NCBI GenBank assembly: GCA_050115495.1
Contig: JASFQK010000032.1
Span: 1 to 64,000, forward strand
Length of the DNA stretch: 64,000 nucleotides
Direction: 5' to 3'
Origin: Phycisphaerae bacterium
GTDB lineage: Bacteria; Planctomycetota; Phycisphaerae; UBA1845; Fen-1342
The position numbers and the translations under genes were made by a program. The notes beneath the pieces are model-generated. The model worked only from the letters and a program-made list of their open reading frames with translations. It searched no databases and was not told where the DNA came from. Shown here one piece after another: positions 36,850 to 46,410 of this stretch; within the stretch, counting starts at the first letter, position 1; each line of letters starts with the position of its first letter.

Positions 36850-38205
36850 CTAGACGCGGAATTCCTCGGGGCGGAAGACGTATCGCTGACCCGAAGCGAC
36901 GGCCTCGTTGGCCTTCAGCACCGACACGCAGACCTCGTAGGCCACGTCGGCCGGGCAGTTCAGCTTCGTCTTGCCGCGGATCGAGTCGAAGAAGTTCTCC
37001 AGGTGCAACTGGTGCGGCGGCTTGGCCGCCTGCTCGAGCATCGCCTGGGCCTCGGGTGTCTTCTGGCCTTCGGGCGTGAGCGTCTCGCCGATCTTCAGCT
37101 CGATGGCGTCGCGGCCCATCTCCTCGACCTTCTCCGCCTCATCTTCCCACTCGCGCTTCTTGGCCGTCTGCTCGCGGAAGACGCGGCCGACGCGTGCGTC
37201 CTCGGAGATGTCCAGCGAACCTTCGTCGCCCATGAACGTCTCGAAGAAGCCGCCGTGGCTGGTCGTGTTCAGCACCTGATAGAAGCCGCGGACGGGGCCG
37301 GCGGGGGTCTCGTACTCGTAGATGGCCAGGACGTTGTCGTACCAGTCGCGGCCTTCATAGCCGGTGTAGTAGTCCAGCCCGCCGCTGGCCAGCACGGCCT
37401 TGGGCGGGGTCTTCAGGAACCAGTTGAACACGTCGACCTGGTGCGAGCCGAGGTCGGCCATCGGGCCGCCCGAGAACTTCCGATACCAGCGCCAGTTGCG
37501 GAAGGCGTCCATCGTGTCGTAGCCGAAGCGCTTCAGCGTGTCGGCGTCGAGCTCCTTGCCCTCGGGCCAGCCGAGCTCGAACAACTGGGCGCGGTTCCAC
37601 TGCCCCTCGCAGTGCGTGATGCGGCCCAGGATCTTGTCCTTCTCGATCATCTTCAGGGCGTGGAAATAACGCGGGTTGCTGCGGCGCTGGTGGCCGATCT
37701 GGAGCAGCTTACCCGTCTCGCGCATCGTGCGCACCATGCTCGCCGCCCCTTCGAGCGTGTTCGACATTTCCTTTTCGCAGTACACGTGCCGCCCGGCCTT
37801 CAGGCAGGCGTTGGCGTGCTCGGCGTGCATCCAGTCGGGCGTGGCCACGATCACCGCGTCGAGGTTCTTCTCCTTGTCGAGCATCTCGCGGTAGTCTTCG
37901 TAGACGTTCACCGGCTGGTCGTACTTCTTCAGGATGTTCGCCGCGTAGTTCTGGTGGTAAGGCCAGATGTCGCAGACGGCGATGAAGCGTACGTTCGGGA
38001 TCTTCAGGCACTTGGTCAGCAGGAAGCGTCCCTGGCTGCCCGGACCGATGATGGCGATCGCCAGCTCGTCCTCTTTCTTCGCCGGTGCCGTGGCTTCCTG
38101 GGCCCAGGTGGGCACGGCGGCCAGCAGGCCGGCGGCAGCGGCCGACTGCACGAACTCGCGACGGGTGATGGTGTTCTTCTTCCGGGGTGAGTCTGGTTGG
38201 TGCAT
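36850..38205 (-). CDS. Tat-exported Gfo/Idh/MocA family oxidoreductase
   Basis: TRREFV signal; IGPGSQG, VATPDWMH, HVYCEKEM, IGHQRRS, WRWY and DLGSHQVD. Confidence 0.9.
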   Translation of the reverse strand: MHQPDSPRKKNTITRREFVQSAAAAGLLAAVPTWAQEATAPAKKEDELAIAIIGPGSQGRFLLTKCLKIPNVRFIAVCDIWPYHQNYAANILKKYDQPVNVYEDYREMLDKEKNLDAVIVATPDWMHAEHANACLKAGRHVYCEKEMSNTLEGAASMVRTMRETGKLLQIGHQRRSNPRYFHALKMIEKDKILGRITHCEGQWNRAQLFELGWPEGKELDADTLKRFGYDTMDAFRNWRWYRKFSGGPMADLGSHQVDVFNWFLKTPPKAVLASGGLDYYTGYEGRDWYDNVLAIYEYETPAGPVRGFYQVLNTTSHGGFFETFMGDEGSLDISEDARVGRVFREQTAKKREWEDEAEKVEEMGRDAIELKIGETLTPEGQKTPEAQAMLEQAAKPPHQLHLENFFDSIRGKTKLNCPADVAYEVCVSVLKANEAVASGQRYVFRPEEFRV

Positions 38206-38388
38206 GAGAAACCTCGAAGTCGAGCGCTGATACTGACCACGGACAACAGCCGATCCCGGATACTGTATCGGCGCCCGGCGCGGGACGTCAATTCACTTCT
38301 GGTGGAGCGGCGGCTCCCGGTTTGCCCACGCCGCGCTTCGCCGCTAGGCTGCACCGCCTGACGGCACACGAGCCATTGGCGACGTCGT

Positions 38389-39177
38389 ATGGATCCACGC
38401 CAACCACCGCCAAAACCCGACAGCTCGCACAGCGGACCCGCTCCCGGCTCGGAAGGCCGGCCGGCGTTATCGGTCGTCATCCCCGCCTACAACGAGGCCG
38501 GCCGCATCGGCCCGACGCTCACTCGCCTGCGCGAGTACTTCGCCGCCCGGGCCCTGCCCGCCGAGATCATCGTCGTCGACGACGGCAGCAGGGACGACAC
38601 CGCCGGCGTCGTCACCCGAGCACAGTCCGGGCCGCCGCCGATCGTCCTCCTGCACAACGACCGCAACCGCGGCAAGGGCTACAGCGTTCGGCGGGGCGTG
38701 CAGCAGGCGCGGGGCGACGCGGTGCTGCTGTGTGACGCCGACCTGTCCACGCCCATCGAGGAGCTGGAGAAGCTCGAACAGGCTCTGGCCGCCGGCTGCG
38801 ACGTGGCCATCGGCTCGCGCGACCTGCCGGACTCCCGGCTGGATCCGCCGCAGCCGTTGCTTCGCCGCTGGCTGGCGAGGGCATTTCGCACCATGCGCCG
38901 CCAACTGCTGCTGCCCGACGTCCGCGACACGCAGTGCGGATTCAAGCTCTTCCGTGGCCCGGCAGCGGCGGACATCTTCGCCCGCCAGACCGTCGACGGC
39001 TGGCTCTTCGATTGCGAAGTCCTGGGCCTGGCCGAGCGGCTGGGTTATCGGCTCGGCGAAGTCGGCATCATCTGGCGGAACCACCCCGACAGCCGCGTGA
39101 ATGCCTCACGCGAGATGCTGACCGCCCTACCCGCGCTGCTGGCCATCTGCCGGCGGCTCCGGCACGTGAAGCGATAG
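38389..39177 (+). CDS. GT2 polyprenyl/dolichyl-phosphate glycosyltransferase (ALG5/DPM1-like)
   Basis: SVVIPAYNE, VVDDGSRD, NRGKGYSVRRG, DADLSTP, DTQCGFKLF and WLFDCEVL. Confidence 0.9.
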   Translation: MDPRQPPPKPDSSHSGPAPGSEGRPALSVVIPAYNEAGRIGPTLTRLREYFAARALPAEIIVVDDGSRDDTAGVVTRAQSGPPPIVLLHNDRNRGKGYSVRRGVQQARGDAVLLCDADLSTPIEELEKLEQALAAGCDVAIGSRDLPDSRLDPPQPLLRRWLARAFRTMRRQLLLPDVRDTQCGFKLFRGPAAADIFARQTVDGWLFDCEVLGLAERLGYRLGEVGIIWRNHPDSRVNASREMLTALPALLAICRRLRHVKR

Positions 39178-39200
39178 TCCGGGGTGCTGTCGGCACTCAA

Positions 39201-39348
39201 CGTCGGCCACGGGGGGCGAGTTTGGGGATTAATCCCGGTGGGTCGGGCGTCCCGCCCGACATTCGTTGATTTAGAGGCCAAGACGGCAGGCGAGATGCCT
39301 GCCCCACCCAGTCTTGGGGATAGGCTCTCAACCTCGGCCGACGCTACG
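39201..39348. repeat. Split GTAG-type REP interrupted by an inverted pair of GTGG-type hairpins
   Basis: cgtcggccacgggggg (39201-39216) and ggccgacgctac (39336-39347) are the two halves of the REP at 1043-1071. Between them lie ggtgggtcgggcgtcccgcccgac and cggcaggcgagatgcctgccccacc. Confidence 0.65.
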
Positions 39349-39408
39349 GCCGAGTCGGCGCCGTGGTACGCCCGACGATGCCATCTCCGGCTCAAGGCTC
39401 AAGGCTAC

Positions 39409-40806
39409 CTAGAGCTTCTCGATCTGCTCGCCAGCGGCCTTGCTGTTCTCCCGGAAGAGCGCCCAGAACGTGATGGCCACAACTCCGGCCATGATGCACG
39501 GGATCAGCCAGATGGTCTGCCAGTCCCTGGCCGCAAGTAGCAACTGAGCGGCTTGCGACCATTCGTTCCACAGCGCATCGGAGGTTGCTGCAGTCGCGGC
39601 GATGGCCCGTTCACGCAGACCGTTGGCCACGTCCAACAACGAATCACGAGTCGCCGATGTCAGCGTGTTGACGATCATGCCTACTAGCTGCGCCCCGATC
39701 AGCATGCCCAGGCCCTGCGTGATGAGTACGAGCAGGCCCTGGGCCTGGCCGCGGATCTTCGCGCTGGCCTGCTTGTCCACGTAAATGAATCCGGTAACGA
39801 AGAAGAAGTCGTAGCAGATGCCGTGGAGCAGAATCCCGCTGAAGATCATCCAAGTTACACCACTGGAAGCCGCGGCAGCAAACAGACCATAGCGCAACAC
39901 CCAAGCGAACATGCCGATCAGCAGCATCCATTTCACGCCCAGCCGCATGAAGAACAGCGGCATGAGCAGCATGAAGACCACTTCGGTTATCTGGCCGAAC
40001 AACATGCTCGACGCGGGGAAGCGGAAGCCGGCTGCGTTGGCGTAGATCGGGGCGCAGTTGTAGTAAGCCGCCAGCGGAATGCAGATCAGGAAGGAACTGA
40101 TGATGAAGACCGAGAACGAGCGTCTCTTCATCAACACCAGGGCGTCAAGCCCGAGAATGTCGCGTACCGAGACGGTTCTACCTTTGGCCGGCGGCGGCGT
40201 GTGCGGCAGCAGCAAGCTGAACACACCGAGCAGGATCGCCGCGCCGCCCGCCACGTAGAATTGCTCGGCCCCCATATCCGCCTTCAGCCACCTGCTGACG
40301 ACGAAATTGGCGACGATCCAGCCTGCCGTGCCGAACACACGCACGATCGGGAACTGCTTTTCTCGGTGGGTCAGGTTATGGAAGGCCAGCGTGTTCGTCA
40401 GTCCGAGCGTGGGCATGTAGAACAGCATGTGCAGCAGCAGAATCGCAGTGAACGGCCAGTGCGAGCCGCCCTCGGCCGGTGTCAGGAACGGGGCGACGAT
40501 CAGCGCTGCGCCGCCCAGCACGTGCATGGCGCACAGCACGCGCTCGGTCGCGAAGAACCGGTCGGCGATCATGCCGAGGAAGAATGGGCTGATGATGGCT
40601 GCGATCGGGCCGACCGTGTACGCCCAGTGGCTTGCGTCGCTCATGTTGTGGGCGCCCATGTAGTTGCCCACGGTGACGTACCAGGCCCCCCAGACGAAGA
40701 ACTCCAGGAACATCATGATCGACAGGCGTGTCGTCACCAGCGCCGGCTTGCCCGCGCCGGGGGTTTGGACCGAACCCGGCTCGAGGCCTTCCGCGAACTC
40801 ACTCAT
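39409..40806 (-). CDS. MFS transporter, nucleoside:H+ symporter (NupG/XapB/YegT) family
   Basis: RLSIMMFLEFFVWGAW, GMIADRFF, YMPTLGL, RVFGTAGWI and LLHGICYDFFFVTG. Confidence 0.9.
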   Translation of the reverse strand: MSEFAEGLEPGSVQTPGAGKPALVTTRLSIMMFLEFFVWGAWYVTVGNYMGAHNMSDASHWAYTVGPIAAIISPFFLGMIADRFFATERVLCAMHVLGGAALIVAPFLTPAEGGSHWPFTAILLLHMLFYMPTLGLTNTLAFHNLTHREKQFPIVRVFGTAGWIVANFVVSRWLKADMGAEQFYVAGGAAILLGVFSLLLPHTPPPAKGRTVSVRDILGLDALVLMKRRSFSVFIISSFLICIPLAAYYNCAPIYANAAGFRFPASSMLFGQITEVVFMLLMPLFFMRLGVKWMLLIGMFAWVLRYGLFAAAASSGVTWMIFSGILLHGICYDFFFVTGFIYVDKQASAKIRGQAQGLLVLITQGLGMLIGAQLVGMIVNTLTSATRDSLLDVANGLRERAIAATAATSDALWNEWSQAAQLLLAARDWQTIWLIPCIMAGVVAITFWALFRENSKAAGEQIEKL

Positions 40807-40982
40807 GCTTCGTCATCCTTCTCAGGGGGCAGGGAACGTCCAGGCAGGGCCCCATCCTAGCGACCCGGCCGGCGGGCGTCACGGGGTCCGTGCCGCGGTT
40901 TGACCGACCTGCGGGGAAGTCGTACATTGCCCCTGCCTTCCGCCGAACCGTCCGCGGTCGAAGGCAATTTTCAGGAGAAAGG

Positions 40983-42545
40983 GTGGCACAGATGAACAAA
41001 GGTCGACTGTTCGTCGGGAGCTGTCTGTCCCTGATATCCACGTCGGTCTGCTTCGGCGTGGTCGGGGCGATCATGGGAGCGCTGAAGCAGGAATTCGTCC
41101 TCAGCAACGAGCAGGTGGGCTGGATCGGCGGCGCCGCCATCTGGGGCTTCACCGTGTCCATCTTCATCCTGGGGCCGTTCTGCAACGTGCTGGGCATGCG
41201 CAACCTGCTGTACTTCGCCATGGTCTGCCACGCGGGCGGCACATTGCTGATGATCAGCGCCAACGGCTACTGGATGCTGTTCTGCGGGGCGCTGGTACTG
41301 GCCCTGGGCAACGGCACGGTGGAGGCCGTCTGCAACCCGCTGGTCGCCACGCTCTATCCCGACCAGAAGACCAAGAAGCTGAACCAGTTCCACATGTGGT
41401 TCCCCGGCGGCATCGTGATCGGCGCCGTCGCCTCCTACCTGCTCGACAAGGTGGGGCTGCCGAGCTGGCAGCTCAAGCTCGGCCTGATCCTCATCCCCAC
41501 CGTGCTCTACGGCATCACGTTCATCGGGCAGCGCTTCCCGGCCACCGAGCGGGCCCAGTCGGGCGTGTCCTTCGGCGGCATGATCGCCGCCGCCCTGACC
41601 CGGCCGCTGTTCATCATCCTGCTGGTCTGCATGTGCATCACCGCCTCGATCGAGCTCGGCCCCAATCGCTGGGTCAGCGCCGTGCTCGAATCCGGCGGCA
41701 TCCCCGGCATCCTGGTCCTGGCCTACATCAGTGGCCTGATGGCCGTGCTGCGCTTCAACGCCGGCCCGATCGTCCACCGCCTCTCGCCGACCGGGATCCT
41801 GGTCGGCTCGGCGATCCTGGCTGGCGTCGGCCTGTACTGGCTGAGCTACGCCGAGACGTCGGCGATGGCTTTCGCCTCGGCGACGGTGTTCGCCGTCGGC
41901 GTCTGCTACTTCTGGCCGACGATGCTAGGCGTAACTTCCGAGCGCGTGCCGAAAAGCGGCGAGCTTGGCCTGGCCCTGATGGGCGGCATGGGCATGTTGA
42001 TCGTGGGCGTGGTGACTGCCCCGCAGATGGGCCGCATCGCCGACGGCTACCTGCATGAGCAGTTGGTCGCCCACAAGGACGCCACCGTAGCGGCGCTGAC
42101 CCAGGTCGTCGACACCTACCCCGCGCTCGCCGAGAAAGAGCAGGAGCCGTTCCGCAGTGAGATCCTCGGCGTTGTGACCGGACCCAAGGACCACGCGGAG
42201 GCGGGGGCCCGCAGCGTGCTCAATGCAGCGAAGACCGGTACGTTGCCCGAGGGCCTCACGGCCGAGGTGCTGCGCGCCGCCCAGAAGAACGCCCCGAACA
42301 ATGAACAAGGCAAAGCCGTTGTCAAGCAGATCGGCAAGGTGCTTCTGCCGGCCGACAACTACGGCGGGCGGATGTCCTTCCGCTATGTGGCCGGCTTCTC
42401 GATCGTGATCATCGTGGTCTTTGGTGTGCTCTACCTGCGCGACCGGGCCGCCGGCGGCTACAAGGCCGAGGCGATCGCGGCGGGAGGGACTCCACCGGCC
42501 GAGGAGCCGCCGCCGGCCGAGCAGCCCCCATCGGCTGAGGCATAG
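40983..42545 (+). CDS. MFS transporter (putative sugar permease)
   Basis: AGGAG then GTG at 40983 (alternative ATG 40992); about 12 TMs; GNGTVEAVCNPLVATLYP, FHMWFPGGIVIG, YFWPTMLG. Soluble insertion before the last TM. Confidence 0.85.
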   Translation: MAQMNKGRLFVGSCLSLISTSVCFGVVGAIMGALKQEFVLSNEQVGWIGGAAIWGFTVSIFILGPFCNVLGMRNLLYFAMVCHAGGTLLMISANGYWMLFCGALVLALGNGTVEAVCNPLVATLYPDQKTKKLNQFHMWFPGGIVIGAVASYLLDKVGLPSWQLKLGLILIPTVLYGITFIGQRFPATERAQSGVSFGGMIAAALTRPLFIILLVCMCITASIELGPNRWVSAVLESGGIPGILVLAYISGLMAVLRFNAGPIVHRLSPTGILVGSAILAGVGLYWLSYAETSAMAFASATVFAVGVCYFWPTMLGVTSERVPKSGELGLALMGGMGMLIVGVVTAPQMGRIADGYLHEQLVAHKDATVAALTQVVDTYPALAEKEQEPFRSEILGVVTGPKDHAEAGARSVLNAAKTGTLPEGLTAEVLRAAQKNAPNNEQGKAVVKQIGKVLLPADNYGGRMSFRYVAGFSIVIIVVFGVLYLRDRAAGGYKAEAIAAGGTPPAEEPPPAEQPPSAEA

Positions 42546-42566
42546 CCGGCCGCGGACACCGGGAGC

Positions 42567-44201
42567 ATGGCCCGCCCCCAGACCCAGACCAGCACGGTAC
42601 CGCCCACACAGCCACACCGCTGGCCCTGTGGTCGCATCGCCGTGGGCATCCTCCTCGTCGCCGGGCTGTGGCATGGGGCGATCGCCCTGACCATGCCCTG
42701 CATCTCCCGCGATAGCGTGACTTTCTGCTGGTACGCCCGCGACCTCGGCGAGCAGGGATTGGCCCACCTGCGCGGCGAGAATGCCGCGCAACATCCCCTC
42801 ATGCCGGCGGCGGTGCTGGCCGCCCAGCGCCTGGCCCGCTGCTGCGGGGCTCCGGACACGCCCATGACGTGGCAACGGAGCGGGCAGGCGGTCTCGTGGC
42901 TGGCCGGTATGGCCGTCGTGGTCCTGGCCGGGGCGATCACGCACCGCTTCGTCCGCCGACTGGAGCTGCCCATCGACACCGGCCTGGCGGCCTGCGCGGC
43001 GATGGTCCTGGCGATGGTCCTGCCGCTGAACGTGTGGCTGTCGGCGGAGATCATGTCGGACGAGCTTCACCTGGCCCTGTACCTGTGGGGGGCGTGGACC
43101 CTGCTCCGGCTCGACAGCGTGCGAGCGGCGGCGACCTGCGGCGTCGCCGGCGGACTGGCTTTCCTGACCCGACCGGAGGGCATCGTCGTGGCCCTGGCAG
43201 GTCTGGCCGGGATGGTGCCCGATCGCGCGACGCCCTGGCGCCGGCGCGGCGTACGAGCGGCCGCCCTGCTCGCCGGCTTCCTCGTCTGTGCTGTGCCGTA
43301 CTGGTCGGTCGTCGGCACGCTGTCGTCGAAGAAGAACCCGCTGGACTGGCTGAAGAGCAGCGACGTCGCCCTGGAGCTGCCCGCTGAGGCACCTCTGCTG
43401 GCCGCCGACGAGACCGCTTTCGACGCGCCGGCCTCCGCCACCGTGAGCCTGGCACGCCTGGACACGCAGAAGCGGGGTTGGTACGCCCTCGTGCCCTACG
43501 CGCTGTACCAGCTCTTCCGGGCCGGACGGGTAGTGATTCCGTTGCTGGCTATCGGACCGCTGTTGAACCTGCGGCGACGGCTGCTGTGGCCGCCACTGGC
43601 CGGCGTGTCGGCCTGTATCGCCGGCCACTTCACGCTGACGCTGCTGCTGCTGCACCGCTATCACTACCTCGGTCAGCGGCACATGCTGGTCATCGTCATG
43701 CTGCTGGTTCCGCCGGCGGCGGTGCTGCTGGCCCGGCTGGTATCGCTGGCCCGCGAGCGGCGATCGGTGGGCTGGCTGGCACCCGTAATCCTGGCCGTGC
43801 TCTCACTGGCGGCGTACGCCCTGCCGGTGCCCAACCGCAGCGCCCGCTATCTGGCGACGGCGGCCGACTGGCTCCGGCAGCACGACCCGGACATCGCCAC
43901 CAAGCGCATCATGACCGCCAGCAGCGAGCGGCGGATCGTCTTCTACACCGATGCCCGCTGGGTGTACTGGTACGACCTGCCCGGCGACACGGTGCTGCCG
44001 CGCGAGCTGCTCCTGGGCGAGCGGCCGGATTACCTCGCGCTCAGCGTGGGCGAGGGCTTCGAGGTAGCCGGCAACGATGCCGTCGCCGAGCTGCTGCACA
44101 GCGACCCGGAGATAGCCCCCCACGTGCAGCTCCTCCACACCTGGCCGGCCAGCGAGAAGAGCACGTTGCAGTTATATGCCCTTGACTGGTCGGAGCCGTA
44201 G
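42567..44201 (+). CDS. Integral membrane protein, putative GT-C (ArnT/PMT-like) glycosyltransferase
   Basis: ISRDSVTF after the first TM, QHPLMP, IMSDELH and LAFLTRPEG motifs; multiple TMs and a soluble C-terminal domain. Confidence 0.6.
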   Translation: MARPQTQTSTVPPTQPHRWPCGRIAVGILLVAGLWHGAIALTMPCISRDSVTFCWYARDLGEQGLAHLRGENAAQHPLMPAAVLAAQRLARCCGAPDTPMTWQRSGQAVSWLAGMAVVVLAGAITHRFVRRLELPIDTGLAACAAMVLAMVLPLNVWLSAEIMSDELHLALYLWGAWTLLRLDSVRAAATCGVAGGLAFLTRPEGIVVALAGLAGMVPDRATPWRRRGVRAAALLAGFLVCAVPYWSVVGTLSSKKNPLDWLKSSDVALELPAEAPLLAADETAFDAPASATVSLARLDTQKRGWYALVPYALYQLFRAGRVVIPLLAIGPLLNLRRRLLWPPLAGVSACIAGHFTLTLLLLHRYHYLGQRHMLVIVMLLVPPAAVLLARLVSLARERRSVGWLAPVILAVLSLAAYALPVPNRSARYLATAADWLRQHDPDIATKRIMTASSERRIVFYTDARWVYWYDLPGDTVLPRELLLGERPDYLALSVGEGFEVAGNDAVAELLHSDPEIAPHVQLLHTWPASEKSTLQLYALDWSEP

Positions 44202-44390
44202 CGGCGGCGAAGTTGCGATGCGGGCCCTTATCGTCCGGCTCATGGCATGGTAGAGTATGCACCAGTCAGGGGCGGCCGCTCGCCGGTGTGTGTCGGCGTT
44301 CGACCGATTCGAGGGAGTGTGCAGCGGTTACCGCACAGCCGGATCGCGTTTGTCGCTCTTCGGCCGCAGCGGTGCTTATGGAGTTAACAC

Positions 44391-45596
44391 ATGCGCCCAA
44401 TGAAGTCGTTTCTGACGATCCTGGCCCTTTCCAGCATGATGCTGCTTGTGGTCCCGACCCTGGCCGGTGACCTGCCCAGCGATATTGAGCGGCTGGCGGC
44501 GGACAAGATCCCGCACGTCAAAGCGCCCGCGAAGATCGCTGGCGACCAGCAGCCGCTCCGTATCAAGGTGCTGGTGCTCGATTTCAACCCGTGGATTCCC
44601 GGCAAGCTGCATTCGCCGGACGATCCGAACGCGGCGCCGAAGGGCCTGCGTGAGGTGGGCGGCTGGAACGATCCCCTGCCGCTCGTGACCGGTTACATGC
44701 AGGATCTCTGTGACGCCAGCGGCGGCTACGTGCAGTTCGAGATCGCCGACTGGCTCGTCGTCCGCCGGTTCCAGCAAAAGACGGACGGCTTCATGTACAC
44801 GCCGGAGACGTACATGGAAGCGCTGCGTCAGGGCGTGTTCAAGGCGGAGTCCTGGCACAAGCCGGACGGCATCGACTACCCGCACATGTGCAAGGAGTTC
44901 GACGTGTACAAGCGCGTCGAGTCGGGCGAGATCGACGAGGTCTGGATGCTCGGGTTGCCGTACTTCGGCTACTGGGAGTCGTGCATGGTCGGCAAGGGCG
45001 CCTTCGAGGTGAACGGCGGCGTCTACGGCGATGTGCCCTGCCAGCGCCGCTTCGTGGTCATGGGCTTCAACATGGAGCGCGGCGTCGCCGAGATGATCCA
45101 CGACCTCTGCCACCGCACTGAGGCGACGATGTCGCGGGTCTACGGCGGCTGGGAAGTGGACAAGCTCACCAGCAACTGGGCACGTTTCGCCGCCAATCAG
45201 ACGCAGTCCGGCACGGCCGCCGTCGGCACGTGCCACTATCCGCCCAACGCCGAGCGCGACTACGACTACGCCAACAAGACGGCCGTGACCAGCACCGCCG
45301 ACGACTGGCTGACGTACCCGGAGCTGACCGGCCGCCAGCGCGAGTTCAGTTGCGAAGAGTGGAAGTCGCCCTACAAGGATCGCGACGGCAACCCCGACTA
45401 TCACCGCAACTACATGAACTGGTGGTTCACGCACCTGCCCAAGGCCCCCGGCGTCAACGCCGACGGCCGGCTGAACAACTGGTGGGAGTACGTCTTCAAC
45501 TTCAACGCGTTCGACGAGCGCGGCAAGCCGCTGCCCGACGCCGAGCCGGCCAAGGACGCGAAGACCCAAAAGGACGGCCTCCGCCGCCCGGCGTAG
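44391..45596 (+). CDS. Secreted hypothetical protein with a possible metal-binding HxxxH motif
   Basis: GGAG RBS, signal peptide, strongly GC3-biased codons; GFNMERGVAEMIHDLCHRTE and VGTCHYPPN motifs. Confidence 0.75.
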   Translation: MRPMKSFLTILALSSMMLLVVPTLAGDLPSDIERLAADKIPHVKAPAKIAGDQQPLRIKVLVLDFNPWIPGKLHSPDDPNAAPKGLREVGGWNDPLPLVTGYMQDLCDASGGYVQFEIADWLVVRRFQQKTDGFMYTPETYMEALRQGVFKAESWHKPDGIDYPHMCKEFDVYKRVESGEIDEVWMLGLPYFGYWESCMVGKGAFEVNGGVYGDVPCQRRFVVMGFNMERGVAEMIHDLCHRTEATMSRVYGGWEVDKLTSNWARFAANQTQSGTAAVGTCHYPPNAERDYDYANKTAVTSTADDWLTYPELTGRQREFSCEEWKSPYKDRDGNPDYHRNYMNWWFTHLPKAPGVNADGRLNNWWEYVFNFNAFDERGKPLPDAEPAKDAKTQKDGLRRPA

Positions 45597-45606
45597 CATC
45601 CAGTCC

Positions 45607-45810
45607 GTAGCGTCCAACCTCCGTGTCGAACGCCGAAGAACGCCCGATTCGCGTCGTAGCGTCGGCCCCCCGTGGCCGACGTCGAATGGTAGCGTCCGCG
45701 CTCCGTACCGGACGTCCTCGGTGTGTGGCATGCTGAAGCCGAAGGCGCCGGCATGTCTGCCACTCTCGCAGACACGTTCATGCCGGCGCTTGTGCTTCGG
45801 CATGCCACAC
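45607..45810. repeat. Composite REP-like array between convergent genes
   Basis: Three GTAG-led hairpins (about 45607, 45656 and 45689) and an inverted pair of gtgtggcatg...gccggcatg units (about 45723-45754 and 45779-45810). The same units occur at 958-1132 in a different order. Confidence 0.85.
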
Positions 45811-45825
45811 TTCGCTATCACGCCC

Positions 45826-46350
45826 TCATCGCGCTGCGGCGTTGGGATATCGCCCCGCCGCGTGCACGGCGCCCAGCCGCACGTAGCTCTCCACCACGCG
45901 CGTCAGGTACTTGCGATCCGTCTCGTTCACCTCGCGCATGACTCGCGCCGGGATCCCGACCACGAGTTGCCCGTCCGGCACGATCATTCCCGGCGGCACG
46001 ACGGCCCCCGCCGCCACGATGCACCCCGCCCCCACTTCCGCATCGTCCAGCACGATCGCGCCGGTGCCGATCAGGCTCCCGGCTCCGACCCGCCGGCAAT
46101 GCACCACGGCCCGGTGCCCAATCGACACCTCGTCCGCGATCTCCAGCGGCACGTCCTTCTTCGTGTGGATGATCGCCCCATCCTGCACGTTGACCCGCCG
46201 GCCGATGCGGATCGGCGACACATCGCCGCGAATGACGACCTGGTGCATGACGGTGCACCCGTCGCCGAAGATGACATCCCCGCCGACGTACGCGGTCGGG
46301 GCCAGATAGACGTTTTCGCCCAAGACGGGCAGCGTGCGTTCATTTTCCAT
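45826..46350 (-). CDS. Gamma-class carbonic anhydrase family protein (YrdA-like)
   Basis: VIRGDV, NVQDGAIIH and IGHRAVVH (metal-ligand His pattern) with hexapeptide repeats. Confidence 0.92.
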   Translation of the reverse strand: MENERTLPVLGENVYLAPTAYVGGDVIFGDGCTVMHQVVIRGDVSPIRIGRRVNVQDGAIIHTKKDVPLEIADEVSIGHRAVVHCRRVGAGSLIGTGAIVLDDAEVGAGCIVAAGAVVPPGMIVPDGQLVVGIPARVMREVNETDRKYLTRVVESYVRLGAVHAAGRYPNAAAR

Positions 46351-46410
46351 GGGGATATGATACCGGTGCGGACCCGGGCGTTCGACGCGGCGGCCCGCGG
46401 GAGTGTCGTT

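Noticed and set aside
45721..46410. N-terminal 230 codons of the 353-aa ORF 45721..46782
   Set aside because: Overlaps REP units and the antisense gamma-CA gene. Only the part from GTG 46411 looks like a real lipoprotein.
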